From Lama guanicoe (Eukaryota): 64,000 bases of DNA. A program made the translations under genes and the position numbers. The stretch is taken from assembly GCA_013239625.1 (NCBI GenBank), contig MU053792.1, forward strand, positions 73,618 through 137,617, written 5' to 3'. Positions 12,539 to 25,210 of the stretch are shown piece after piece. Numbering within the stretch: position 1 is the stretch's first letter; each line of letters opens with the position of its first letter. The notes below the pieces were generated by a model, which saw nothing but the letters and a program-made list of their open reading frames with translations, was not told where the DNA came from and did not search any database.

Positions 12539-13952
12539 TTTTTGTTTAATTTGGGATTCTGGTCTGAAATCTTCCTTCATTTTTCTGCAGTCCTTTTTAT
12601 AATAGCCTGGTTTTGTTTGTTTGTTTATTTTTTTAACAGTAAAATCAAATGTTAGATGTCTTTGTCAGTAACAGTAAAATGTTAGATGTCTTTGTCAGTC
12701 ATAGATTAGGCGGGGGTTTGTTAATTATTGACTCACCTTGATTACTTAATTAGCACAATTGGTGGTCCATAATTTTTCTAGATGTATTCCTTTCTTTCCT
12801 TCTAATGGTTTTGGAAAGTTGATCAGCCATTGTGACAAGGGCATTTGTATATAATGCAGACCAACTTAACTTGTCTTTTAATTGGAATAGCCAATTCTTC
12901 ATCTACGCCTTCTAAAAAGGCAGAGTTAAGTAAAGGATCATTTTGATGGTTAGAGGATGACTCACGTGTCATACCTGAATCTTGTTTAAGAGTTTTTTTT
13001 CAAACCTCTAAGGGTAATCTGAAATTGAATCATCTAGCCTTTGTTTGCATTGTTGAATAACCAATCTATGGCTTTTGGAAGAAACTCTGGGATAAATTGA
13101 GTAATTTATAGCTAATTCTTTGCCTTCAGCTCAAGCCTGCAGGCTATGCAAATCAAAAATCCATTAAGGGGTCATTCTTTCCTGCTTTTCCTATTGATGC
13201 CTTTGCTTTACTTTCAGAAACTACTAGCTGTATTCACTGATGTTAATCTGAAAACCCAGGATCTTAGGTTCAGATGGTTAGCTCAAATTCCTTAGCAAAT
13301 CCTATGGGATCTTGGCTAGGTCTGAGAAATTCCTTAGCTAAAGCTCTAAGTTTTGCTTGGGCCCAGGGTGTATATGTAAGCACCAAAGATGGTTTGCCCC
13401 TTTCCATAATGGATTTCTCCTTAAAGGGAGCTATGATTACCTCTGATTTTATGTCTTCCTTTCCTGGGGATGGGGAAGGAGCAGGAGGTGAGGTTGATGG
13501 AAGAGAGAGAGAAATAGTCTCTGAATTAGGCAGTTCAGATGATACAGGAGGAGCAGAGGGAGAAACGGGGTTAATGCTAGTGGCTTTTTAAAAAAAAAAT
13601 TCTGATGTCATTTGAAGCAACCTTTTGTTGATTTCCTGAAGTTACTTTATCATTTCCTCTTTTAGAGGCTTCTAAATGCCAATCAAAATAAGCATTCTAT
13701 TCAATCTGTTTGATCTTACAGCTGGCTTTTTCTAGCTATGTACGCAAAGAAAAAAAAAGTTTTGGAATATCAAAAGAGCCCCAGTTTGGCCATTTTAGGC
13801 TGAGATCTCCTTTAGTACAGTTTCCCCAATCAAATAAATATTTGCAAGTGTAATTTCCATATGTATTATACATGATCCTGGCTGGGGTGTGTTAGTTGGA
13901 GGCTGGCAATCTGTTGTTCCTTTTTCTTTGGTTTGAAAATTTTATTCCCCAT
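12539..13952 (-). pseudogene. gag: ERV gag, disrupted
   Basis: Minus-strand ATG at 13952: MGNKIFKP..(fs)ARIMYNTYGNYTCKYLFDW..DLSLKWPNWGSFDIPKL..AYFDWHLEASK. Pro-rich stretch at 13470-13570 and a degenerate CCHC knuckle (FYC..KPGYYKKDCRK) near 12585-12645. Many stops and frameshifts. Confidence 0.8.
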
Positions 13953-14390
13953 TCTGATGTCAGTTTGTCAAAATAAAATCATTGGTGACAATTGTGTGAT
14001 GGACCCATGTGCTGTCTGAGATTAACGCTTCTAAGTTTTTACCCAGAGTTGTCTCAGCTCCCTCTGTTTCAGGTTCCCCCTTTGGTGTTATAAAACCACA
14101 AGAGCTCAGATTGTGGACCGGCCAATTCTAATTCACGTCCCTGGCAAAGCAAACTTTAAATAAAATGAGTGGGTTTCCGTACAGGGACAGCTACATGGCA
14201 TGAAGTCTGTGCTTCCACCACTTGTGCAAGTTTCTCGGTCACCTGAGAAAGCCATTGCTGGCCAGGAGGAGCCTGGCCATCAGAGCCTAAAGGCTCATCA
14301 GATTTCAGTTTCATTTCAACAAACTCTATTAAGGTCACCAATTCAGGGAAAAAAATGACAGGCCGGTCGCATTCCCTCTTATCTCGAGAA

Positions 14391-15180
14391 AATTTTTGGT
14401 CTTAAAATTTATTTTGCCTAATATTGGTACAGACACTCCCATCTTTTTTATGCTTGCTGTTTGCATAATATATATTTCTCTCCTTTTAATTTCAAGCTAT
14501 AGACAGCATAGAGTTGGATATTGGTTTTTATCTAGTCTATCTGTGCCTTTTGAATGGATTGTCTAATTCATTCACAGTTGCAAGCCCTTTTACTTTTTTG
14601 TTTACTGTATGTTTCCACTTTGAAACATAGATTTCCTTTTATTCATTTTTTATTTTTCTTTTTGATTAAGTGAATATTTTCTAGTGTAACATTTTAATTC
14701 CTTTAATGATTATTCACTCTTTTTGTTATCTTCTTAGTGGTTAGAATCTTCAGATTTATACTCAATGCCAATGAGATATGGAAATGTTAATTTTAGGGAT
14801 TTCTATTCCCTTTCCCTCTTTTTGCAGTATTGTTGTTATACATTTTACATTTCTATATATTTTCAATAATATAATTATAAACATTGTTATATGCAGTTGC
14901 TGTATAAATCAGCTAATAAAAGAAGAAATATACATTAATACTATCTTTTATAACTGACATAATTACCTTGATCAAATATATTTTTCTTCAATGTGGATTA
15001 AATTATTTTCTGGTGTCACTTGCTTTCTGTCTGAAGGGTTTCTTTATGTTTTCCTCATAAAGTGTCAGTTAGCAATAAATTTATGCATTTTTTATTCATT
15101 TTTTAATAACTTTCACTAGTTATGGTTGTTTCACTGGAAAATGGGTACACAGACCTTCTCACATCACTACTCCCCAATGA
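14391..15180 (-). mobile_element. Old L1 fragment (ORF2 5' end/inter-ORF), antisense
   Basis: 'tgctgtttgcataatatatatttc', 'tagacagcatagagttggat', 'tgccttttgaatgga' match the antisense L1 EN region. Confidence 0.7.
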
Positions 15181-15214
15181 TACATTTTTAATGTTTAAAT
15201 TTAATTCTGTTTTC

Positions 15215-15613
15215 CTGACTGTAAATATGAAGTATCTGAACCAGGGGCTATTCTCATCACCCAGAGCAATAACCATATTATTTCTGCACATCTCATTTCT
15301 TTCCACGTCGGTGAGATCTGCTGAGAGCCAAATGGTCAGGCTTACAGGCACAGGGGTTCTGCCACAGGAGAACAGCCTTACAATTATGAGCCAATGCATT
15401 TATGGAATTTGGCTTGCATAGCCGTCCTTCACTCTGAGAGGGAAATAGAAAACTAGTCTCCTTATAGAAAACTAGTCTCCTTAAAGAAAACCGTCTCCAT
15501 ATAAAGTAGAAAGTCAGGTCCTATTCAGAAGCCCCTTTGGAATGAAAATAAGTATTTCTAACGTGGTAAATAAAATACAGGACTCTGGTTTGCAATCCCT
15601 GGATGCTCCCACA
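15215..15613 (-). mobile_element. Old ERV LTR-like fragment with an internal 19-bp triplication (15445-15500)
   Basis: Minus strand starts TGTGGGAGCATCC; 'atagaaaactagtctcctt' occurs twice plus one degenerate copy. Confidence 0.4.
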
Positions 15614-15679
15614 GTTCTGAGCCTTCTCCCCCTTTGAAATGTAAATGTAATGTAAATACACAGAGGTAAAGCTCTCTGG

Positions 15680-15684
<5 letters not shown>

Positions 15685-15711
<27 letters not shown>
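15685..15711 (+). repeat. (CT)n microsatellite
   Basis: Seen directly. Confidence 0.9.
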
Positions 15712-16732
15712 ATTCAGACATCTTTTCACATTCAGAATTTGTCTTTCAGCCTGCCTTCTACTTTTCATTGCTCAAAAATCCTCGCCATGACGAAATTTGA
15801 AACTACCATATTGTTTCTAATAGCCAGCAACAGGTGCTTATTTTACTGACTGCTGATGCTAAGGCCAGGAGTACATTTAGATAAGATCAGGACACATTTG
15901 ATTCTTTTTGCTTTTTGTCGCACTACCTGGTTTCTAGCTGCCAGGATCTACAACTCAGGATAGTATTAGCACCACCACTTCAGCCCAAGTGTCACACCAT
16001 AGTGAACATTGTCTTGCAAAATTCACAACCCCTCAGGAGCTCTGGGACTTATCTTGGGAATTAAATGGTTTTCTGGGTGATCCAGGTCCTCTCTAGTTAA
16101 ATTTTATGAATAGTTAAATATAAAGACAGGCTAATTTAAAACAAAGAAGATAAAAGAAAACAAAAAGCTACTCCTATTATTATTGTGGAGAACAAAAATG
16201 TTTTAACTTTCAAATATGCTTAACTCAATCTTTTCTAACACATTTTACAACTTATTTATAAATATCTCATTTAATAATTGAACTCAATTTTGCGCTAATG
16301 TAAAAAAAATAAAATCTCTAGACAATTTTGAATTACCTTCTAATCTAAAATTGGTTAATCAAATAATCTATCAGAAAAAATTCGAAAAATATTAACATGT
16401 AATAGTCAATCCCTTCTGCTTACCTAGACTGAGAGACTGAGGGGTAGCTATCTTTTTTATGTCCTTGATAGGAAGAGATAACTCATTAATAGGTAATGAG
16501 GAAAAAAACACACACACACAAACAGAACAGTGAACAGACTAACAGAAAGAAAAGAAACGGGATCATCTGGCCCTATGGAGATGTGGGAAAGTAGGTCTCT
16601 TCGCTTCTCAAAGTTTTTAGAATCTAATTAGGATGCCTCATGAGGCCCTGTTACACTTCCTGCTTTTGGTACAGTGAAGAAATACTTAATTTAATTTTCC
16701 CTGTATAATCTCACTTGTGCGGGTTTCTGTTA

Positions 16733-18550
16733 CAGACACTTCTGCTATAATGCAACATATACATTGCTGAAAATCACTGCCTTATGCAAAATCATGCAAT
16801 TAAAAAAACAACACACACACACAGAGCTGATGGTAAATGTGAAGTTAGAAGCAGAACCTTCAAAACCTTAATGGTACAAGCAAAGTAAGGGTGGAAGCCT
16901 AAAAAAATGGTATCCGAGTTTTATACACGTTAAATGGTCAAGAAAACACAAATACTACAATAAAAATAGTAATTTATCCTGTGAAAGAAAAAAACGACCT
17001 TTTTTAAGAGGGCATAAGATGAACTGCAGCTTGTGAGTTACTATTAAATGGTAGAAGAAAAGTTACACAATGTGTAATCTTTTGTAGCCTTAAAACTGAG
17101 ACTTCATTTTTATTTGTTTTTTCAGCCTGTAAGACATAGGTCCTTCAAGGCTTGTGTTTATAATAAATATCTGTTTCATCAAAATTAAAAAATTTATGTA
17201 ATTTATAACCATCTTCATTAACTTCTGTATCACGTCTAGAAATTCCTTTGCTGCTTTTTAATTTTAACTCACGGCTTTTTTTCAAGAGCTGAAAACTGGA
17301 AACATCATTAATTTTTGAAAACTGCAAACCAGTACTGATGGGAACCAATTTCTGTTTAAAATCTTCCTTTATAAATAATGATTTATAGTTGATTGTGTAA
17401 AAAGGGTTTCCTGGCTTTTTAATGTTTGATCTTCAGTGTGTGAATGAAAAATACTGCAAACCATATCAGTAAACAAAGAATGCTGAAGCCATCAAGTCAC
17501 CAGTGACTGCCGCCACCCCACCCCCCAGTGAGATCAGGCCTGCAGCCCGCCTTCTGCAGCCACTCACAATGGTGCACCCTGAGGGGACTCAGATAAGAAA
17601 GGACAGGAGACTGGCCCTAGGTAGCTGGGTGCTTGTCAAAGGAGTGAATTCAATGAGCCCAAATGTTTGCTTCCTCCCACGCATAGAAAAGCACTAAATG
17701 TTTTAACTTGAGGTGCCTGGTTTTCTTTAGTTAACAAGTAATCTTTTATTGTTCCAACTACCTGGTCTTTGTCGTAAAGCTCCTATATATCCTGGCTCCT
17801 CCCCTGCCTCTTCGGAGCAGCCCCTCGGAGCCATCTGAGAGGCTGTCATCCCGGCTCGAGCCCTCCCGTCAAATAAAACAGAACTCTCAACTTTCAGGCT
17901 GCGCATTTGTTTCAGTCGCCAAGTGTAAGCACAGCAGCCTTACCATTACTTTTGTTTTATTAGGTCTTGTTCTTATCAGCTTTGCAGGGCTTGGAGTCAT
18001 TCCGATTATGACGTTTCTTTTGTTTTCGCAGCCTTGTCTCTGATGGTCCCCAACATAGATTCCTGGCTGCTTGTTGCTTGGGAGCCATCACATGTTCTCC
18101 CATTTCTTTCAAGACATTTTATTATTGCAAGCTTTTTTTTCAATGCTTAAAGCTTTCCTTTTTCAGGCACTGCTCTGTGTTTTCTGATCAGGGCACTTAG
18201 ATACGTTTGGGATATTGAATGAGTCTCCCCAAATGCAAACGCAAAACACTCTTTTGGGATAGCACATGCAGTGAATAGTGAGTGAATAGTAGAGGTATTT
18301 GAGATGTTTCAGACGTGTCCATATATACATTTTCTGTATCCCTATGTGGCTTAGTTCAGCTGGCTGCTTTTTGGTGGGGGGGACTGGTATTCACCTAGTA
18401 TTTCTTTCAAATAAAGTTGCATATGAACAAATGCAAAAACTGTTCTCAAAATGTTCCTTAGTTGATAGATTGTATTCTCAAATCATTCCCTAATAGACTA
18501 CATCGGAACACATAAGCGTTTCAAAATAAATGTGATGGCAGAGCTGACTG
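16733..18550. mobile_element. Tigger6-like TcMar/pogo DNA transposon with minus-strand transposase remnant, interrupted by a solo LTR
   Basis: TIRs ta|CAGACACTTCTGCTATAA and TGGCAGAGCTGACTG|ta with TA TSDs. ORF 17145-17348 has GYKLHKFFNFDETDIYYKHKP*RTY (pogo DDE motif 'IFNxDETGLxxK..PxRT'). Confidence 0.88.
17439..17921 (+). mobile_element. Solo ERV1 LTR with 4-bp TSD AGTG
   Basis: TGTGAATG...GTCGCCA; AGTG on both sides; TATA-like 'cctatatat' at ~17782 and AATAAA at ~17872. Paralogue of 38616-39093. Confidence 0.93.
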
Positions 18551-19147
18551 TACTTGCCCATTTTTGTAGGCAAAACATATCATGTAGCAGTCAAAATACC
18601 TTTAAAAAATATTAATTATATTTAAAAGTTAAATAGCCAACTTTACAAATACAAATGATCTAATTTTGATTTTCAGGAATTCTGGAGTATGGAGTGTTAG
18701 AGTAAATGATTATCGTGTAGGCATAAGTAGTTTTTGTTTTATGGATAAGAGCCTAGAATCCAGAGACAGCTGTCTGTGATTGAATCAGCATGTTACTATG
18801 TAACCTTAGGTAAGTTGCAATGAATGATAGTTATTATCTTTAGAATAATCGCTAACTCTTTCAACTGACTTAATTTTTTTAAAAAATCATAGTCTAGAAA
18901 TACCTATTTCCTTTTAAGTAATTGAAAATTGATTAGGAGGAATCATTTTTACATAATAAATGTAATACATAATAAATATAACATAAATGCAAACAAAGAA
19001 ATAAAGCTTATTTTAGAATTTACCCCGTTCTCTTATCTCCTCTTAAGTTCTTCATGTTGAAACACCATAAAAAGAGGGACCAGAAACAAATAATAATAAA
19101 TACCAAAAAGTCCAATAAAAAGAAAGTCTCTTGGTATTGGAACAGGT

Positions 19148-19370
19148 CAGGACTCGGCAAACTTTCTTTTCAACAGAACAGATGAAATTAAAGATTTAAG
19201 GCTTTTTCAGCCATAGAATTTGTTGCAAATGTTTACAGCTGCTATTGGAGCTCAAAAACAGTCATAGAAATACAAAAACAAATAGCCATGGCTCTATTCT
19301 ATGAAACTTTTATTATCAAAACAAATAGTGATCTAGATTTAGCCCACTGGCCATGGTTTAATGACTCGCC
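19148..19370 (+). mobile_element. MER58-like hAT-Charlie MITE
   Basis: 'caggactcggcaaactttc...gccatggctctattc..gatttagcccactggccatggttt'. Confidence 0.65.
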
Positions 19371-19670
19371 AGAAATCAATCATTTAATTTAAAAACCTGA
19401 TTTTTAGAATACCTACACTTCTGTTATAGTGCTAATATGTAACTAGAGACAAAAAAAAAAAAAGAACTTCATTTCAACAGTCCCATATTCAGTATTAGCA
19501 TGTCACCTGGATAAGTTTATTAATTCCTGCAGAAATTCTGCTTTGGTGGTTCTCAGAACCACTAAACTTGACCATTCAAACTATACCAAACCTAAGCCTT
19601 ACTGCCATAGTAGCTAATTAAGTTGGTCTGAGGATGTGGTCTGAATAACTATATTAATAGAAAAAAATAC

Positions 19671-20330
19671 TGGTGACTGAAAGATGAAGGTGTGGCCAGT
19701 GATTAGATTCTTGTCTCATCACAGAAAGAATTCAGAGATGAGATGTGAAGGTTAAGAAAGTAAAGTAAGGATTTATTAAGGGATGGACAGTACACTCTCA
19801 CTGGAAGAGCGGGCAGGCTCAGGTAAGCGGCTTCACTGAGTTTCTCTGGCAAGTTGGTTGCATAGGGTGTAAAAGTGAATGGGTAGAATAACCACTGGGG
19901 AGGGAAGGATTTGGGGTCGTATTCCCTGATTTTTATCCTATCTCCACCTTCCCAAAAGGAAGAAAGGATTTTTTGTCCTTATTTAGCCTGGATTGGATGT
20001 GTCATGGCGTTGGTGCATCATGGGCACTTCTGATCTGCAAGGCTAATTTTATTGTAATGAGGGCACAGTGAGCAAAAGTTTACATTTGGCCACTGGAGAT
20101 TCCTGCTTATCTGACCTTTCTCAGTCAGCCTCCAGGACACCTGTCATCCCAAAATATGTGATACAAGTCCTGAGGTTCCTGCTGTTCTCTGTCTGCCCGA
20201 GGACCCCTGTTGTCTGCATGATGTGTGTTTTTCTACAATTTGGCCCGTGCCCCTCCTTCTTCCCAATTCCTGCCATTTGGCCTGCACCCCCCTTTCTCTG
20301 CTCATATCTAGCTATTTGCCTGCTCTAAAA
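19671..20330 (-). mobile_element. Solo ERV LTR
   Basis: Closely similar along its length to 39569-40196; AATAAA on the minus strand at ~19772-19777. No clean TSD found. Confidence 0.85.
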
Positions 20331-20467
20331 AGAGAATGGATGAGAAACATGGCTCTGATTACTAAGTCAGATTTTGCACTAGAATCATTTGTAAATATTT
20401 CAGATTCCACTCTATAATTTCTACTTTATCACCTTTTTTTTTTTTTTTTTTTTTTTTGAACAAAACT

Positions 20468-20496
20468 NNNNNNNNNNNNNNNNNNNNNNNNNNNNN
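20468..20496. other. Assembly gap (29 N) next to a poly(T) tract
   Basis: N run seen directly. Confidence 1.
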
Positions 20497-20695
20497 AGCT
20501 TCAGTAAATAGGGCTGATTTGGCTTCTGCACAGATAGATCTATAATAATTATTTCACAAAACACTTGTATTGCAGGTTAACTAAACCAAGTCAGTGATGA
20601 CAAATGTTATTTTCTGTGGCTTCAACATATTTCACCTAAACAGTATCCCAGGCTTTATATTAATCTGACAAATTTTAATATTTGCTAATATTTAC

Positions 20696-20908
20696 CAGGA
20701 TTTCTCAGTCTCAAAAATATTGTTATGGTGAACTGGCAAATTCTTTGTTTTGGAAAGGACTGTGCTGTGCGATGTTGAATGTTTAGCAGCATCCCAACCT
20801 TCTACCCACCACATGCCAACAGTGCTCCTCCACCTGCAGCTGCAACCATCAAAAATGGCTCCAAATATTGCCAAATACCCATGGCAAAGTATCAGTTGAG
20901 AACCACTG
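20696..20908 (+). mobile_element. MER20 hAT-Charlie element
   Basis: 'atgtttagcagcatccc..ctctacccac..atgccaacag..caaccatcaaaaatggctccaaatattgccaaa..gttgagaaccactga'. Confidence 0.8.
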
Positions 20909-20962
20909 ACATTTATTCAAAATGTATATATGCTATTTTATCATATTTTTATATAAATAACT

Positions 20963-21583
20963 ATGGTATGGAACTTCTAAGTTGGTTGCCAATAATTCTT
21001 ACCTCCCTAGGTTTATGATTTTGTGCAAACTTCTCCCCTTGAATGTCAGATGGACTTAATGATTGCTTCTTCTTTTTTTTTTTTTTTTAACAGTTATTTC
21101 AATCTATTTTTGCATATAGTGGGTAACAATTATTGATTTGCTTCTAACCAGTTGCCTATGACAAAAGTGATGGAATGACATTAAAGAGATAAAATTACAA
21201 GGGTTCTGTTTTCTGTCTTGCTTACCTTCTCATGTTCTCTCACTTGCTCCCATGAAAAAAGGTGGATGGCGCATTGTAAGCTGCCCTATGAGGAGACCAA
21301 AGTGGAAAGAAACTGAGAGAAGCCTTCAACAAACAGCCCACAGGAACTGAATCCAACTAGAAGCCACAAGGATGATCTTGGGAGGGGATCTGCCTTCAGC
21401 CATGCCCTGAAATGACTGCAGACCCCAGCAATACCACGTTTGCTGCCTTGGGGAGAAACTGAGCCAGAAGGCCCAGCTCCATTTGCCTGCATCCCTGATC
21501 TCAGGAACTGTCAGATGATAAAAGTTTGGTTTTAAGCTGTTAACGTTTGGGCTAGCTTACTATGAAGCTATGGGTAACTAATA
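20963..21583 (+). mobile_element. MLT1 (MaLR) LTR, MLT1F-like
   Basis: 'gctgccctatgaggagacc..aactgagagaagcc..ggaactgaatcc..ttttaagctgttaacgtttggg..taactaata'. Confidence 0.75.
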
Positions 21584-22127
21584 AAATTATACTTAATCTA
21601 GTTAAATATAATTAGTTAAGAATTTTTAGATGTCCTGATAATTGTTTATCTTTCCAAAGGCAACTTCCAGGGCTCTTAGTCATCTGGTGTTCAGCCGTCA
21701 TGAGAATTTTTTATTTGTCACTAGTGGGAAGACTTGATTTCCTTTTTATAATTTATCCAAAAATCTCTAATTTATGCTTCACAAGACGTACATCCATTAA
21801 TAGGAGAAAACGTACAGGAAAAAAGGTGTTCGTGCAAAACAGTAAAAAGCCTGGAATGCATTGTAGCAACACATCAAGAGAGAATTCTTTTTAGTATACT
21901 GAGTATATTGCTTCAATTTAACAAGAAAATCTAAGTTTTAAATTAAAAGAGTCTCTTTGATGTATTTCAAGAAGAACTATACAAATATAAAATCCTAAAG
22001 CATCATGGAGAGAGCACAGAACTATTCTATGTCCATCCTGCTCTCACATGATCAAAAAAAGTAACTTCTCAGTTATAAAAAGTTGGAAAAACACACGACT
22101 GAACAGAATTAAAGACATAGACATAGT

Positions 22128-22990
22128 TGTGCTGGTTTGACTCAGCAGGCCTGGGTTGCATATTTCAAAGAGAGGTCTGTCTCAGGACTGGCCCTTAGCA
22201 GTCCCCTGGAAGATAACCTATAATCCATTAGAAATTGTGTTGTCACACGTTGTTGCTGAAAGAATTGTGTTTCTTTGTGTGATTCCACTGAGGGAGGGAC
22301 ACCTTAAAAAACTGTCTTGTTTCTTCTACATTTAATCTCATGTACCTTTTACCTTTTCTGATGTTAATCTGCATCCTTCGACTGTAATAAGCTGTAAATA
22401 TAAGAGAATTTCTTTTTTTTTAATTGAAGTATTGATTTACAATGTTGTGTTACTTTTAGGCGTACAGCAAAGTGACTCAGTTATACATGTATCATGTACA
22501 TATTATTTTCAGATTGTTTTCCATTTTAGTTACTATAAGATACTGGATATGTTTCCCTGTGCTATACAGTAGGACCTTATGTTTACTTATTTTATATAAA
22601 GTGGTGTGTATATATTAATCCCAAACTCCTAATTTAGCTCCCTGCTCCTTGACTTCCCCTTTGGTAAACATAAATTTGTTTTCTATGGCTGTGAGTCTAC
22701 CTCTGTTTTGTAAATAAATTCACTTGTATCTTTTTTTTTTTAGATTCCTCATGTAAGTGATATCATATTTGTCTTTCTCTATCTGACTTACTTCACTTAA
22801 TATGATAATCTCTAGGTCCATCCATGTTGCTGTAAATGGCGTTATTTCATTCTTTTTTATGGCTGAGTAGTATTCCATTGTGTACATATACCACATCTTC
22901 TTTATCCATTTATCCATAACAGCTTTTCTGAATTCTATGAGTCCCAGGGAATCATCAAGGCTGAGAATAGTATCATGGACCCCTGGTAGA
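22128..22990 (+). mobile_element. MER21-like LTR split by an antisense L1 3' end
   Basis: 'ctgtaataa...' resumes at 22916 as 'ataacagcttttctgaattctatgagtcc..gaatcatcaa'. Confidence 0.65.
22411..22915 (-). mobile_element. L1 3' end (ORF2 C-terminus plus 3' UTR), antisense
   Basis: ORF 22720-22917 DKWIKKMWYMYTMEYYSAIKKNEI..ATWMDLE; poly(T) at ~22413. Confidence 0.92.
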
Positions 22991-23205
22991 GATAAAATAG
23001 TAAGAATTATTACATATGTATTGGGGGCTTCAGTTTCAGATGAAAGCGAAGTTTGTCTGAAACCAAGTTACTAAAGTAACTAATATTTATAGCATCAATA
23101 ACACTCTTTATACTTTTTGTGGTTTCATATAAAGTAAGTGCCAGAATACCTGTTATCATCAAATATGATCTCAAGTTCAGTATCAATGTCAGAAATGATA
23201 GATGT

Positions 23206-24095
23206 GAGCTGATAGTGAGACCCCTAAATTAGGAGGCCCACCAAAGTGTGGGTCCCTGCCTGCTGGCTGGAAAGAATTCACAGCTAAGGCAGAGAGACAG
23301 AGCAAAACTGCTTTTCTTTTCAAAAGAGGAAACAAAAGAAAAGTGTTCAAGCAGGGAGAAGAAAAGAAAAGCACTCGAGGGAGGAAGAGATGCTCAAGTG
23401 GGGAGCCGTTAGCCAAGATGCCAGTAGAGACAGCTCTGGCTTGGGTTGGGCCACGTGGCCTCTTCTGCCCTCATGTCTTCCTTCCAGGTGTGATGGAACC
23501 AATCCATCCCTGTTCAAGTTTTTCAGTCCTTGTATGGGCTTTTCTGGTGTTGTCACGGCAATCATCAACTGCCATGGTGCTGGTGGGTGTGTCATTTAGC
23601 ATGTCAATGTATTACAGTGAGCATATAATGAGGCTCCAGTTCCTCCCTGGAAGTCAAGTCTGCCACCATCTTGGACTCTGTTGGTTCTAACCAGTTCTGT
23701 TTTTATTCTGCAGCTGCTTCCTGGGACTTAGATAAGAATAATTAGTTTCTGTTTGAAGGAGAGGCAGGTGTGATCCTATGTGCAATAGCCGTGGTAACAA
23801 AAAGGAAAGTTGTTTTTAACCAGAATACTTGCAGTCTGGTGGACCCAGTATCCCACCCCTACTCCCCTCAAAAATCTCCAAAGATTCTGTTCAGCCATGA
23901 AAGTTTTAAAGGGAAATGAAGACATATTCTCCGTGAATGATTGAGACAGGCGGTCACAGTCATTGCCATCCCCCAGTGCCTGCACGCTTGTCCTGGAGGT
24001 GCTTTTCTATGACTCAGGGGGGCTGGGGGACTCCAGCTTTTCTGTAAATAAGAGGCAGGGGTTGGGGCAGGGCACAGGGTCCTGCTCCCTTTTAA
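23206..24095 (-). mobile_element. ERV1 LTR-derived sequence (one or two elements)
   Basis: 'gaaagaattcacagc', 'gccatggtgctggtgggtgtgtcatttagcatg..gagcatataatgag..gccaccatcttggac' are shared with MER4-type LTRs and with 37232-37631. Confidence 0.6.
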
Positions 24096-24379
24096 TGATG
24101 CAGGAGCTTGATATTAGATTCAGGAAATACCCTATTACTTGTTATGAAGCAGACAGTGAGCATACTGAAAGCAGGAGTTATAGAGTAGATATCTTTATAA
24201 CTGTGGAACCTAGTCTTTATAACTGCAGCCCCTGGTACACAGATCGTGCTCAGTAATTGTGTGCAAAATGAGAAGGGGTCATACCAGGAATTAGAATTCA
24301 TGCAGAATCAGTGTGGAAACATAGACCAACCCCATGAGAAGTGTAAATAAAGTGGTATCTTGGAAGACTAGCCACACAG

Positions 24380-24790
24380 AGGAAGATCACAGGATTATCT
24401 GGATTCCAGAAAAGTGTTAAAATCACTCATGATTTATTACCAATCGGAGAAATGTAGGCCAGATGAGAGAAAAACCAAGTTTGGTCAGAACTGGATGGTA
24501 GTACATTCAGATGGTTGAATTATGGCTCCCCAAGAATGATCACTTAGGACTCTGCCCTAGGCCTTGTCCTATGTAACACTTTTATTGTTAACTTGGATAA
24601 AGACAAAAATGCATGATCACAAAATGTTGAGATGACAAAAGACTGAGAGAAATAGTTAATATGCTGCATAACAACCAGTATTTGAAAAGTTCTTGACAGC
24701 AATTTGTGTGGAAAAGACTTCAGGATTTAGCTGACTTTCAGCTCAAAATTAATCAGCTGTGGCTGTCAGGAAAGTTAATAAATGTATGTT
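24380..24790 (+). mobile_element. CR1/L3 LINE RT relic
   Basis: 'ctctgccctaggccttgtcctatgtaacacttttattgttaacttggataaagac..aaatgttgagatgacaaaagactg' corresponds to GSxLGPxLFNIFINDLD..KFADDTKL. Confidence 0.65.
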
Positions 24791-25210
24791 GTATGTAAAT
24801 GCAGTGGCACAAATGTGTGAGTGTGTGTGTATGAATAGGAAACATTGGTGAGTATGTCTGTTATTCATTAAGTCAGTTCAAGAGAATAAAATTCTCTGAT
24901 TTCCAGCAGTTTCCCACTTTTACAACAGCCTGTCCCTGATGTACTATTGATCCCCTTATGCTATTTAAAGCTCTACATCTTGGTAAAGTTAATAAATGGT
25001 GAAAATTAACCAAGTTTTTGGATTTTTTGGCACTCACTCTGAGTCCTGAACGGCTTACTTGGCCAATGGGAAGAATGGGAGTTGTAACTACATGCACAGT
25101 ACAGACCAATGGTCAATGGCTTACCGCCTGAGTATTATAATCAACCGGTGAGAAGTAAGGGTGCCACAACCAAAGCAGCCCAAAGGACCAACCATCAAAA
25201 ATACTAAACT

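Larger units (their letters stand above)
11986..14390 (-). mobile_element. LTR-less class I ERV fragment (leader-gag-pro)
   Basis: Contains the gag and protease remnants listed separately; bounded on both sides by antisense L1 pieces. Confidence 0.8.
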
